Shown here: piece after piece, positions 1-13,271 of the stretch
Position numbering within the stretch: position 1 is the stretch's first letter
Layout of the letters: every line of letters begins with the position of its first letter
NCBI RefSeq assembly: GCF_021028975.2
Contig: NC_059426.1
Coordinates: 98,270,001 to 98,334,000, forward strand
DNA: 64,000 bases
Reading direction: 5' to 3'
Origin: Sphaerodactylus townsendi
Lineage: Eukaryota
The notes under the pieces: model-generated
Databases searched by the model: none
Told to the model about the DNA's origin: nothing
Seen by the model: only the letters and a program-made list of their open reading frames with translations
Translations under genes and position numbers: made by a program

Positions 1-2899
1 GGAAAATACAAACAGATGAATATTGGACTGCACTTCAGAAAAAAAATATATCAAATGCTACAATATTTAACATTAAGGATCTTTCCTATTCATGGATGGT
101 CCACACCTAATTGGCTTACAGTAATAGAAGGAATAGCAATCGCTACCAAATAGTGGTGAAAGAGCAATTGCTTTCCCTGAGAATAAATATATGCAGTACT
201 GCCTGATTCTTTTGATGCAAATGGAATGTCTATTATGCCCAGTTCTGAAATGCCTGCTACTTGAGATAGTATGAAAGAATCCAGGCCTGAAGGAGTGGCT
301 CTGGAATCAGGTAGGCAGAGCCTTCTACCTCAAACCCAACTACCTGTTGAATATAAATATGCCTCCAAGGGTCTACTGCTGTGTAAGGAGTAGCACATAA
401 AAGCCTTAACTCCTACTGGAGCATAATCCTGTTCAATCAAAGCTCCAGTTTTAAAATTAAATCCTAAAATGCAATCCTGGCATCAGTTTCATGCACTTTA
501 ATTACAGTTGAATTCAATGTGATGAATATATAAGTAACTGAGCACAGGATTCAAGCCTTAGGCCTTTGATAATTATCCATAAATTCAGCCAGATCTGCAA
601 CACAAACTGCACTATGTTAGAGATTTCACAATAAGAAGTTAGCTTGAAGTTGTTTTTTTTTAACTAAAGCATTGTAAGACATTTCGCTTATGACACACAG
701 AATTTATTTTAACTTGGAATATCTATATATACGTTTCACAGCAAAGATCCATGTTCTCCTCAACAGATTCTAGAGTTCTGCTAAAGTCTTTACTATGTAA
801 GCTTAGTTCTCACCAATGCCTCTAGTATGATGTAAGCCTAATTCTCACAGGTTAAAACTGTAGTTAGGCTGTACCATTCCAGAATATAGGTACAATTCTT
901 TTTCTCCCCCAAGAAAAAATTATTCTACACATCCCAAAGTAGTATGCTAGGGAAAATGCCAGTCCAGAACCCAGAATCGTGACATCTGATTTCTGTTTAT
1001 AGTATGGATCAGCTTTCAGTCATATAAGCCCACTTGCTGCCTGAAGGAGTATAGTCTAGAACTAACTATTCTTTGGCAGTTTGTGTGAACCAGCTAGAGC
1101 ACAAATACCGAACTTCCTAGGTGACATCGGCACACTTCCAAAGGCTCAGGTCCCAAGACACATCTCTTCAAACATTAATAATCTAGATATAAAATAATTT
1201 CAGCCACTGTAGTTAATTTAACACAGGGAAGGAGCCCTTCTATTGTCATTAACATGATTATGAAATCTGAAACTTGGATGTAAACAAAAATATGGACATC
1301 AATAGCATCACAGATGTTCCCTTGCTTCTAAAGCAATATTGGCTCCGGTTTATTTACTAAGTGTATTCACTATTATTGGACATGAGTTCATTATTAAAAA
1401 GCACCAATTTAATTGATCAATGACAGTATGCCGATACATACCATTCAGTAAATCAACTTGGTCTAACTAAGTCTGGGCAAATAAATAGTTGTTCACATAA
1501 ATGAAAAAAGATGCTGGCATTGTCTGTTTTAAGGCAGAGACCTTTAACTTTAATCTGTGTCCCATGGTATCTTCACCAGAATATTCCAGCAGACATTTAT
1601 ATTGATACAATTTATAGCCAGGAAAAAATATCTGGATTACATTAACCCAAATATTTTGAACTGAAAAATGTCATAAGAGTGAGTTTCAAGCTAAAAGGTC
1701 CTTTTCACATATTAGAAAGAGGGAAAGGGGACAGAAGCAGTGTAATCCCTCAGAGATATGTTCTTGTCCAATGACAAACTACAATCCTGATTTCCTTCAA
1801 ATCAGTAAGCCTAGTCCAACTGGGGGGCTGATATTACAAAATCCTAACTATGTAGCAAAGAAAGAAGATGTGTTCTCAAACCACTTCCATCAATATAAGT
1901 GGATCCAATCTTTGTATTTAACTAGGTTAACACACTTTCATCACGGGATAACTGAAGTCAGCAACCTTAATTCCCACTAATAATTATGTAATATGTCATT
2001 TTCTAGATGTAATGCAGTCCAGATGAAGTCTGCAGCCCAGATGAAGGGAAAAAGTGAAAGTAAAATAATCATTTCATAGCAAATATGCTTAAGTAATTTG
2101 GCCTTTATGGAAGACTTCTGACACATGGTCGTGATCTCATCTGGATTGAAAACATTTTGCTACTTGATTTTAATTCTAACAGTGGAAGTTATTTTTGCAG
2201 AAATACAATCCAAAGTCAACAGAACAGGAAGCAACATTCTATACACAATATTTAGAGGCTTAAAAAGTTTTTCCTGATGGACATAACATGTCATAAACAT
2301 TTTTTAACAGTCATTAAAACCAGATTTAGTCAGACCTCTTCCGCTTAATAGGACAGTCCATTGCAGTGGCCAATTACATTGGGGGGGGGGGGGATCTTCA
2401 CTGAATGGCCGATAGAGCCCTACAACTTATCAGTCTTTTGAGAAGTACAACTCAAGACCTGAGTACACCAACATTTCTAAGTAGCATCATTTAATTTTAT
2501 GGGGTTACTGTGAAAGAACTGTTTTGAGGCTTAAAGCTAAGAGCTGTGTATGAGGATGCTATTAATATTTAGAAGTGTTAAAATTGGAATGATAGTTGTA
2601 CATCGTAAGAATGCAAATGTTTAAAAACAATTCCATATCCGTGTCCCAAACTGCAAATAAATATGCTATGCAACAAATCAGTGTACCTTGAATAAATCCC
2701 TGAAGTATTGCTACTTAGCATTTTTGGAGGCTGAAAAAAGTGCTATTCTTTAAACCCATGGTAATTTTATGCCTGACCTACTATTATAAAATATATGATC
2801 ACAGGCTTGGCAGTTTTAGTTGAACTGAGGTTTCAAAAATGTTATTCAATTGAAGATTTTGCTGTGATCTGTTTGTGGCAAAGCTATTTCATGCATGTT

Positions 2900-3310
2900 G
2901 TTGGCCCTATTGTTTTGTTTAAAACTATTGAAATTGTAAGTTAATGTCTGTGGCCTTGTTCTCTCTTATTTACCATGTGTAACAAATATTTATTGTATAT
3001 TTATATAGTTTTATGGGATTTTTGGAAAAAATGAAATCTGGCATTAAATCTTACGTCACATTGTAAATATAATTAAGCTATATTTAAGTGTACTAATTAA
3101 CATATAATATATGTTTAAATATAGATTTTTATGTTTTTAAAATATATTTTCAAAAAAGAAATCTATCTATATACATTAAAAAAAACTCGGGGCTTTTTGG
3201 GACCATGTGACTTTTCTCTAATTGTAAACCAAACATGAGTTTTACAATGAAGATGTGTGTTCTTTTTTTTCCCAAAACAAATTCTACTTTTATTTTAACA
3301 ATAAAATATT
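2900..3310 (+). promoter_or_regulatory. AU-rich 3'UTR-like terminus with candidate polyadenylation signal
   Basis: TE-poor, very AT-rich stretch with TATTTAT/TATTTAA motifs, ending in AATAAA at 3300-3305. The upstream gene is not identified. Confidence 0.35.
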
Positions 3311-3997
3311 CTTGGTAAGGCAGCTAGGAAACTGTTTCATATTTGGATAGTTAACAGGGAGGAGTTTCAAGAAGTCCTTGTCCACAAGAAGCTTAGTGAG
3401 GGTAGTTTCCAGAATGATGCCTTTTCATTTAGTTCAAGATTCTGGCTGTATTCAAACATCATGGACAAACTCCAGTCTGAATGTGATGAGAATAAGTTAA
3501 GAAATCCTCCAGCTCACCCAATCCCTCAAGTTTCATTTCACCATGTCTAAAGCCTACACTGAGCACTTCCTGGCTTGAGAAATCAAAAGACTCCAAGTAC
3601 TCAGCAACATCACTTCCACCTTGCCTCGCTTTCCATTGCCGGCTGAAGATCAGCAAGGAGCTCAGCACTGTGCCTATGGTGTCACATCACTTTCAGCCAA
3701 TAACAGAAGTGATGTCACATCACTGGTGTGACGCAGACATGACACTCTAAGATTCCAACAAAACACTATGGTTTTGTCTGAATGCTAGAACATCACATCT
3801 TCCTCACGCTGGCAATGTGACATCACTTCTAGCTATTCACCAGAAAACATGCTGCACCACTGATGTAACATCGTTCTTCCCCATCCCCTGTTGAGGGGTG
3901 TGATACTGAAGTGGGGTTCAATCCCCAGATAGCAGAGTTGCGCAACACACACACTGGAACGCAGCAGGAACACAGCAATTCCAGTTTTCATTGCAGA

Positions 3998-4452
3998 GGC
4001 CGCTTCCAAGCGACGCGCCGTTACAAAGCAGCGACGACATGACGCCGCAAATTGCGACGCGATCTTCAAAAAAAAAAATGCCGCTCATTGACAGACAGGC
4101 GGAGCTGCGGGCCCCCGCAGCCCCAAGCAGAAATGTGGACGGTTCGCGACGAAGCGCCATGCGAAGCTGGCGTCTCGCGACGCTATACTTACTGGCGACT
4201 CGCGAAGTCGCTTCGCAGTCTCGACGCCATTTTTTTGACGGCATAGCTCCGCGGCTGTTCGAAAAGCGCCGGATGCTTCACATGGGGAAAAAAAAAAGAG
4301 TGGTTTTAAGCGCTTGACATACACCGCCTTCGCGCCGGTTTAGTGCTGCTGCTGACGGCGCCGACTGCGCGATCTCCAGGCTGCTTGCGTAACGCTCTGA
4401 CGCTTCTTTTTCCGTTGCGACGACGTCATATTTTGCCCGTGCGGAAACGGCC
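3998..4452. mobile_element. PIF/Harbinger-type MITE, CpG-rich
   Basis: Terminal inverted repeats (TIRs) GGCCGCTTCC...GGAAACGGCC; 3-bp TSD AGA (3995-3997 / 4453-4455); internal palindromic symmetry. Confidence 0.85.
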
Positions 4453-6737
4453 AGAGGCGGTTCTACTTTATTCAGTTCACAGAAATGTTGCTCTCTCAGA
4501 CAAAGTGCTTCGCCAGACCGTGCGAAGACAAGTGCTCACAATGCAAAGCACAGTGCTGCCTTATATATAGTTCACTAACCAATCATAGTTCTCTTCCAAT
4601 TAGTCCCATGTGAACAGATTGTGATTTATTTCAAGTCCACAAACCAAGATTCATAATTCAAACTGCCAATTTTTCAGCAAGAATCAAACTGAAATTTGTC
4701 AAAGCATCTCAGTTCAGACATCACAACAAACTAGTTTCTTTCAAACTAGGCAATCTTCAGTCTGGGCTCTACACACAAGAGATTGTGAGATAAGGAGAGA
4801 AATATGAGCTTGGGGGTTTCCTGACTTTTTTTTCTTCATGGAAAAAACAGATTTCTGTTTTGTACTATCTGAATTCAGCCAGTGAACACCAAGCAAAACT
4901 TGTACTCTGAATGAGGCATAATGATCTGCACCCAACTACAAAATAAGGTCAAAACAGAGGTCATGTTTTATATACTGAATCAAAAATGAATCATCAACAA
5001 ATTAATTCAGTAAAGAAGACCTGACATTATAGTTTGGAGAACATACAGGAGCCCTTGTTGCTCTGTGAAATAATGGGACCTCCATTTGTTTCAGTCTTAG
5101 AGCCTGTACGTACCAAATAGCTCCTGCTAGCACATCTGTCTTTATTAGCACCCTTCATAAATTTGGACTAGTATTTGTAGACATGTCATTAATTGAATTT
5201 TTTGGAAATTGAGCATATTTTGTAACATCTAAGAAGAAAGCCAAATCTATAAAAATATGGAACAGTATAGTCCTTCTGGGACTGTGCTACTTAAGAAAAC
5301 AGGACACAGCACGATTAAATACCCTCACACCATCTAAAATTCCCTCGCCATAAAATGCTTGCATGACAGAGGAAAAAGGCTCCACCCTACCCTTTCCCCA
5401 TATGTGCTATTCCATGTACAGGAAGTTGTAGAGGGATTCAATCCCCCAGAAGCCTACAAAGTAAAACAGTAAAATATCATGCAGCACTTCTGAATTTGTA
5501 GAAGAGTCAAAAGATCTATTCATGACATATTCACATGATGATATTCTAACAGTATGCATCACAATGAGATCCAATTAACACTGAATATTTTAGACACTGT
5601 TATCACAGGATCATTATTGTTGCTCTGTGAAAAACATTATCATGTATATCTATTCTGAGACTGGATTCCACTTTACCTAACATTCTCTTAAGTAGGATGT
5701 ACCTCTACTACAACTGCCAAGCCTATGTACACATCATACCATGGCCCTACAATCGTGATAAAAGCAACTGAAACTAAATAAAGCAAATTCTGAACCACAG
5801 TTTTCTCCCCAAAGAAATAAGTTCCAATCCCTCCTCAAAAGACTGAGGAAATTGTGGTAATTAAATGTGCACTGTATATTGTTCATTTCATGTTTTCACT
5901 TAAAAAGAAAAAGATGAAAGAAATTAGAAGGCTACACAGACCTAGTATGCAGTACAATATACGTAAAGACATAATTCCTTAACTTGTACCTGGAAAGATA
6001 TTGTATAATGGAAATGTGGTTTTAGAATGAAAAATCCCTGTCCATTCTATCATGGTGACTGAAAAATATATACACTTTGTGAAACATCCAGCGCTAGAAC
6101 AAAACTTCAATATGTTTTCTTACAAGGTGTATAACTACTAATATCACTAAGCAGCACACACCCCAAAATTGTTTAATTGTACTTTATACTTGTAATTCAA
6201 GGGACAAGCATTAGATACATACATCACAGGTAACCAGAGTCAAAAACTACTTTGACTTCTCTGTGCTAGAAAGGGGAAAGGAAGGAACCCAAGGAACCTG
6301 TGTAAGTCTGGCAACAAGGTGGGTTTCGGCACATCCCGATTTATTGTTGGCTTGATTTGATATCTGACTGTAACCTAAGTGCTATGGTTTATATACTGAG
6401 ATCCAATTCAAAATCATGTTCATGAATGATGTGGTGGCTGTTATCAAGGCAAATCAAGTGATGTCAAGCTGACTAGTTTTCTCTGAGTGTGAAACATCAC
6501 CAACGTAATTTGTCCTGATTTAGAAACATACTAGAGAAAATCAGTGATTTACTTGAGGGGTGTAGAATCCTGTCTCACTTAAGTAGCAAACTACAGTTTC
6601 TCATCCACACCATTTGCCAGTGAGTATGATTTTTTTTGGCTCCATTAAAGTCTATGGGGATTTTTTTTCGAGACTATAAGGGTTGTTTTTCAAGGTAGAG
6701 GCTACTTAGAAGAACCTCCTAAGTTTGGTTCAGGGAA

Positions 6738-7052
6738 TTTATTTATTTATTTATTTATTTATTTATTGTTTAAACTTCTATACCGCCCAATCTCCTAGGG
6801 GCTCTGGGCGGTGTCCAACATAAAACATAATTATAAATAAATTACTAAAACCTTTAAAACAGCGAATAACAGTAATAGAGGCATCCGCCACCCCACTTTA
6901 AAAATTCTCCCCAGGAGAGAGGGAGGACAGAATCCCAGTAGATGATGGATCAAGATGACAAAACTAACTGGGGGGGGGCACCATTTCAGCAGCTGGTCCC
7001 TCCAAAGGCCCGGCGGAACAACTCCGTTTTACAGGCCCTGCGGAACTCATTA
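6738..7052 (-). mobile_element. L2-like LINE 3' end with (TAAA)n tail
   Basis: (TTTA)n at about 6738-6768, followed by a squamate L2-like 3' sequence (ATACCGCCC...GGGCGGT). Confidence 0.6.
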
Positions 7053-7065
7053 AGGAATCCAATTT

Positions 7066-8220
7066 TATGGGATGCCAAATCTGTGGGTTCTGTGGGGCAG
7101 AACTTGGAATGAGTTACAACAACAAATTTTTAAAAACAAAATGGTTCACTTTCTTAACATATAACATCAAACATCAACATTTACATCACACTTCAAGGTC
7201 CTGTTCAGGTTTCACTTCAAGTCCTTCTAGTTACAGTCTTCTGATATTGCCAAGTCCAATTCTTCCTGCAAGTGGGTTGGCTCCTGAAGACTCCAAGGGC
7301 TTGGTGAACAGGATTCAACATGATGAAGGTTTCCAGGAGAACTCTCACCCATTACAAACACAAAAAACCCTTAACAAGGTGTTAAGGGCTCATACAAATC
7401 AAGGTTCAAGTCTGGTAGCCTTGTCTCCTCCAAACTACATGAGCTGTGCAGCCTCCTGCTGCTTTGAGTCTCCATCCCTTTCTGGGTCAACCCATTCTGA
7501 GCATGGGGGTTACAGATGCTCTTATTTTCCACTGTAAATTTCACTTGTTTCCAATGGAAGATGAAGGCCCCTTTTGGGGGCCCATAAAAGCGAGGTTATT
7601 AGGAACGGCTTCATGCCGCTCCTGGGCAGCCAGGATGGGGCTGCTGTTGTCCAGCAGCACCTCCTGTGCGAACAGCTGCCCAGGGATGGCGTTTTTGACG
7701 TCCCTGGGCCACTGTAAATGGCCCGTGCGGAAGGGGCCAAAGAATTGCCCAGAGCCCCGCAAAGATCTCCAATTCAATGCAATTGGAACAAAACAGATAC
7801 CTAGGCCTCTATCCTTCCACTGTTTCCAATGGTAAAAAAACAACCTTTTTTCTCGAGGGGAAAAGCTAACTAAGAGGAATACCTGTGGGCAACCACAGGT
7901 CAACCCTTCCCACCCCAAGAACCAACACAAATCCATCAGAACCATACCAAAACCCAACCTAGCAAAACCACAAGCTGACACATTGTAAAGCCCAACAGAA
8001 TTAATGTCAAAACAACATAGAAACACAACACAAGACAAACAAAACAGGGGCCAGTATTGCCAATCCAGACAAAGCTGCAAGCCAATCCAATGTGCAGGTG
8101 TTTAGAAAAACCCAGCACACTGGCAACAAAATATCTTCATTTTCCCAAGGAAGGAAGGTCTCAAAATGAGAGGGTGGGTACTCTGATTCTCTTCTCTCTG
8201 CAGTCTCCCACATCATCACA
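7066..8220. mobile_element. Probable solo LTR
   Basis: Imperfect inverted ends (TATGGGATG...CATCATCACA), about 1.15 kb, no coding capacity. No TSD found. Confidence 0.35.
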
Positions 8221-8699
8221 GTCTCACAGGTTGGTGTTGTGACTCCCTTTCATCACTGGCTCTCCTTTTCCTATTTCCCATCCCTGCAAAGAAAATTGTT
8301 AGGCAGAAACACATCTTCATTAGTTCCATTGTTTGTGGCACTCCTATGAGTTCTGCTGATTTCTGTTTGACAAACTGTAGTCCTACTGTTCCTTTTATCG
8401 CTAACATGAAGAACAGTTTTGGTGCAGCTGCATTATTCTGACCATGGAATTTGGGTTTCAGGAACTAGCCAAGGATTGGGGGAGCCGAGCATCACCTCCA
8501 ACATCCCCCTGTGCCACATAGCTTCTAGGGTTTGGTGGAGGCTTTTGAGTGAAGGTGGATTCAGAATGGTATCAGGGATTAGGGAGGGGACTGCCAATCG
8601 GATAGATAAACTGCCTAATCACATTTTTCTTCTGACTTGTTTATTTTTGGAAGAGTGTTTCACCCTAACTGCCCTAAACAGACTCTGAGAGGATGTAGG

Positions 8700-9496
8700 C
8701 AGAGGTGGGATTCAGGTAGTTTGGTCAGGTTTGGCTGAACCAGTTGTTAAAAGCCCCCTCCTTCCCCTCCCCCAGAGGCACGCCATCCAATCAGCGGCTG
8801 TTCCCCCGCCCCTCCCGTGGGACCTGGCTGAGAGCAGATCAGGCCGTGCAGCTGCAGGGCTTTGTGGCCTTCGGGAGAGGCCTGCTGGCGCCTGGCTGCG
8901 GCCAGATGCCAGCAGGCCTCCCCCGAAGAAGGCCACTGTCCCCACCCCCCAGACTTTGGCCACTACCCAAGGGACCCAGACTTACTGGCCAGCAAGCTGG
9001 CATACTCCTGGGCCACGGGAAGAGGTTGGGGGCCGCAACGGAGTTGGGGAAGGCTGGTGCAGCCAGCAGCAGCCACCATAGCAGCCCCCTGGGCCTCAGC
9101 TGGGAGGGTGGAGCGCCACAGCAGATGGCCATGCTCCCCCCTGCCCCATGCGTGGCTGGGCCGGCAGCACTGCCAGGGACTGAGCCTGATGCCCGGCCAG
9201 CAAAGGACACTGGCTCCAGGCCCAGGAGTGTCCCAGAAGTGGCAGGGAGGAGCTGGCAGACCAGCGCCAGTCCCAGGCGAGCTTGGAGCATTGAGCGTGG
9301 GGCCAGGCATGGCTTGGGGATCCTTTTGCTTTCATACATGCTTCTGTTCCCTCTCCCATTGGCCAAGAGGGAGGAGGGCGGATATAAAACAAGGCTAGGA
9401 TGGCAAACAGCCAGGTAAATGGGCGGGGGGCACACACAGTGGGGGATGGAGGTGGAGCACCTAACCAGTGGTTGAGGGATTAGGATCCCACCACTG
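8700..9496. mobile_element. Non-autonomous hAT element
   Basis: TIRs CAGAGGTGGGAT / ATCCCACCACTG; perfect 8-bp TSD GATGTAGG (8692-8699 / 9497-9504). Confidence 0.9.
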
Positions 9497-9942
9497 GATG
9501 TAGGCAGAAGTACATGTTCACTTCAGTAACCCCAAAGTCCAGAGCCATGTTGAACATGAGGAAGACTGACTGCTCAGGATTCCAGGAGAGCAGAGATAAG
9601 TGATGTGGGCTGAGAATGTCACCTAGATGGAAAAAACACACTCATTCTGCACAACTGTCATAGGGCAAGAGAAAACTCTGGGCCATAACAGAGAGGTCCA
9701 GCCAGACTGATTCATTCATGGCCCACTAGTTCCGTGGATTTGTGGCCTGAACTCATTGGGCTCCAGCAGATACTCACTCACTATTGAATCTGCCATATCC
9801 TCTCTCATACACCTCATCCTCCCAAAGGAGCCAAGTGCCACCCCATGAGCTCCATTTCCAAGGTCATCTCAGCAGTTGCCTTGTGGGAGGGGAGAGGACA
9901 CTACCTAACAGAGGAGGTAGAGAAGAAACAGCAGCAATGCTG

Positions 9943-9946
<4 letters not shown>

Positions 9947-10011
<65 letters not shown>
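9947..10011. repeat. (CA)n microsatellite
   Basis: About 32 perfect CA units. Confidence 0.98.
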
Positions 10012-10012
<1 letters not shown>

Positions 10013-10154
10013 AACTCCTCCTCTCACAGCAGTGTCACCTTTGGCTTTACATACATTTGATATGCTGGAAAAGCTTGTCTCTCCAGCATACAAGCTTCAT
10101 GGCCTGCTTGGCAATCCTACCCTTAATGATGCTGGATTGTTGCCAACATGTTGC

Positions 10155-10513
10155 CAGGGGGAAGAATTAGAACTAATAAAAGGAAACAGTTCTTCACGCA
10201 ACGTGTGATTGGTGTTTGGAATATGCTGCCACTGGAGGTGGTGATGGCCACTAACCTGGATAGCTTTAAAAGGGGCTTGGACAGATTTATGGAGGAGAAG
10301 TCGATTCATGGCTACCAATCTTGATCCTCCTTGATCTGAGATTGCAAATGCCTTAACAGACCAGGTGATCGGGAGCAACAGCCGCAGAAGGCCATTGCGT
10401 TCACATCCTACATGTGAGCTCCCAAAGGCACCTGGTGGGCCACTGCGAGTAGCAGAGAGCTGGACTAAATGGACTTTGGTCTGATCCAGCTGGCTTGTTC
10501 TTATGTTCTTATG
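10155..10513 (+). mobile_element. CR1 LINE 3' end
   Basis: Encodes the CR1 ORF2 C-terminus (FFTQRVIGVWNMLP..VV.A..LDSFKRGLDRFM), followed by a 3'UTR ending in (TTCTTATG)2. Confidence 0.9.
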
Positions 10514-10539
10514 TGGACATGGTTGCCAATATGTATACC

Positions 10540-11200
10540 TTCTGCTCAGCGTGAGGCTCAAGATAGGATGCCACATCAGCTTGCAACCTCTGGGCCAGCA
10601 CACACACTATTGGAAGCAAGTCTGCATGCCCTTCAGCAGGCTCCAGAATTGTGGCCAAATTCTCACCTGCTGTTTGGATCCTGGGAATGACAAGAGATGG
10701 TGTTGCTGTGTCAGATGAGAGAAACTGCATAAAGTCGTTGAAGGGTCTAAGGACCTCCACAGTCTGAAAAATAGTCCAAGCTGTGCTGGCTCTCCTTTTG
10801 TACCATCTTAGTACCCAGAACACCATCAGGCTGCCACTGATGTGCCGTCAATGAGAGGTAAGCATGATGCACCTGAGGGTTGGTTCAGATGTCAATCATA
10901 AAGTGCATAGTTTTCCCATGAGCATGGGACAACTGAGTCTTCATGTAGTCCTAGCAGCTATGTTCAATGAGAGAATCATGCTCCTCCTCATCAAAGTGCA
11001 AGAAGGTGGTGCGAGCAAGGGATATGTGTCTTTGAGCAGCTCACAGAACCTGACTTCTATTGTTCTGAAGGGCTTTCCACAAATTGCAATCATCCACCCA
11101 CTGAGATGGGTGATCCTTCTCTCTGCCACCTGCTTCCCACGTCTTGGCACCCAAGTGCGGCCCTTGTCAAGCATCTCCTTTAAAGATACTTGCAATCCCT
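10540..11200 (-). pseudogene. Decayed hAT transposase
   Basis: Minus-strand fragments MIAICGKPFRTIEVRFCELL...PPSCT and WTIFQTVEVLRPFNDFMQFLSSDTATPSLVIP resemble conserved Ac/hAT transposase blocks. Confidence 0.7.
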
Positions 11201-11393
11201 TACCTACCAGAATAAGGAGAGCACAAGGTGAGGTTGCTGTTTAACTTATTTCTTGGCTCGCTAATGGTCACTTGGCCACCTTACCAGCCTCTCTCTCCCC
11301 CTGAACAAACACTGCCTGGTGGTTCTTTGTCAGATGGTTTCAGAGTCCAGAGGTAAAGAGATGATAGATGTATTTTCCTCAATTGATTCAGGC

Positions 11394-13101
11394 CAGTGAC
11401 GTAGGTATAGATTTTTTATGGGTGAGATTCAGGGGTGGAGCCATGCCTCCTCAAGCCATGCCCCCAGCCTCAGTGCTTATAAAAGCAACTCTCCGAGGCC
11501 AGGGATGGTAGACTCCCCTGTCCCGCCCCCCCCCCAGCTCGCCCCCACCAGCTGGGCTCCCAGCTGGCAGCCAGTAGTCCCTTCTGCTCTCCCCTCCAGG
11601 AAGAGGCATAGCTAGGGAAAATGGAGCCCGGTGCAAAATCTGAGTTTTGCGCCCCCCCTCCCCCCCATGGACAGCCATGCTGGAATCCACCCCCAAACAG
11701 CATCACTTTCAATGGTGTTTAAACTAGGGAGCCCAGGTTTCCCTTTAAATCCACCTTAAAGGGAGAATCTGGGGTCCCCAGTTAAAACAACATTTTTTTA
11801 TTCCAAAGTTCCTAAAAGGAACCTAGCTACAGAATTTAAAATCACAGAAGAAGAGTTGTTTAGTAGGAATGCAACCTTCCCAGCAACAAAGTATTCCTTA
11901 AACTTAGCAGGAAGAAGAGTCAAAAGCCTGGTCCTAGCTTCTTCGTATTTGGGGCAGTTAAGCATTATATGTTCCATGGATTGCACCACTATAGTACAGT
12001 GGGGGCATTTCCGCTCTTGTGAGTCAATTTTCAGAAACCTCCCTTGGAGTACAGAACAAGGGGAGGAATTAGAACGAGCCCTTGTGTATATCCATCTAAG
12101 CTTGGGCTCTTGGAGTATACTCAGATAGTCTGCCATCAGATTGGTTTTGAATTTGATGTTGAAAAAGAAGGGGGAACAGTTACTTCGCGCTTGGTCTTGT
12201 AGAACTTGTAGCTCCTGGTCAAGGAGTCGCCTTTTTAGTTGAAAAAAGAGTTCGGAAGGAGGTAGCATTTGCAATGACTCCCAGGAGAATCCCAGGGAAA
12301 GTATTTTAATTTCAACTGCCCGCCACCACTTAGATCCATGGAGCTGGGGGAGGATATGATTGATAAGGCTACCAGTGTCCGAATTAAAGCACAGGCGAAC
12401 CCAGAACTTAAGGGTGGCCAGCCAAGCTTTCGTAACCAGCAGATGCTGTCCCACTTCCAAACAGCAGGCACCCCCCAAATTTCCCCAGAATTTCCCCAGG
12501 GAGCATCTGAGGCCCCCAGTTTAAACATTGAAAGTGATGCTGTTTTGGGGTGGATTATCCCCCGCCCTGAAACAGCATCATTTTCAATGTTTAAACTGGG
12601 GACCTCAGATTCTCCCTTTAAATCCATGTCAAAGGGAATGGATTTAAAAGGAGAATCTGGGGAAATTTGGGGGGTGCCTGCTGTCAGGGATGCAATTCTT
12701 AAGCTAGCAGCACCAAACTTTCAGGGTATCTTTAGGAGAATCCCCTAATGATACCACCCAGGTTTGGTGAAGTTTGGTTCAGGGGGTTCAAAGTTATGGA
12801 CCCTCAAAGGTGTAGCCCCCATCTATTAACTCCCATTGGAAACAATGGGGTCACCCCCTTTGGGAGTCCATAACTTTGGACCCAAAAAACCAAACCTCAC
12901 CAACTCTGGGTGGTATCATTAGGAGAGTCTCCCAACAAATCCCTGAAATTTTGGTGCTGCTAGCCTAAAAACTGCATCCCCTGCAGGCCACAAACTGAAA
13001 AAACACTAAAAAAAATTTTAAAACCCACAAACCAGGGGTGGAGCTTCAGCCATGTAATGGGGGGTTTGAAGCCGAGAACCCCCCCCTTACCTATGTCCTT
13101 G
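11394..13101. mobile_element. Composite non-autonomous hAT element
   Basis: TIRs CAGTGACGTAGGTA / TACCTATGTCCTTG; perfect 8-bp TSD ATTCAGGC (11386-11393 / 13102-13109). Related segments occur at about 6645-6735 and 25195-25590. Confidence 0.85.
11794..12442 (-). mobile_element. RTE-X-like LINE ORF2 3' fragment nested in the hAT element
   Basis: ORF 11798-12478 has RAR.N..P...LQGRF...CPHC....SMEHIMLNCP (CCHC), homologous to the LINE C-termini at 17.9 and 46.8 kb. Confidence 0.85.
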
Positions 13102-13204
13102 ATTCAGGCCCTACACAGCTGGAACTATGCAAAACATGGAACCTCTGTCACCTGGAAGTGCTTCTAAACCAAGGATATGAGGGATAACCCATGCTGATGA
13201 GCAG

Positions 13205-13271
13205 CTGCATCCCTGGGACCATCTCCTGCATCCCTGGGACCATCTCCTGCATCCCTGGGACCATCTCCTGC
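13205..13271. repeat. 21-bp tandem repeat, 3 copies
   Basis: CTGCATCCCTGGGACCATCTC repeated three times perfectly. Confidence 0.95.

Noticed and set aside
3-110. Open frame KIQTDEYWTALQKKNISNATIFNIKDLSYSWMVHT* as a possible last coding exon
   Set aside because: It is short, truncated by the window edge and not recognisable, and another frame is equally open.
1771-1980. 69-aa ORF
   Set aside because: No recognisable motif or supporting splice structure; consistent with chance.
3833-4570. Overlapping ORFs and apparent CpG-island promoter
   Set aside because: Fully explained by the MITE with its TIRs and TSD.
5745-5765. AATCGTGATA resembling part of miR-155
   Set aside because: The seed region and hairpin do not match.
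8712-9437. Multiple overlapping 100-224 aa ORFs
   Set aside because: They lie in the GC-rich interior of a TSD-flanked hAT element, where stop codons are depleted by composition. No domains are recognisable.
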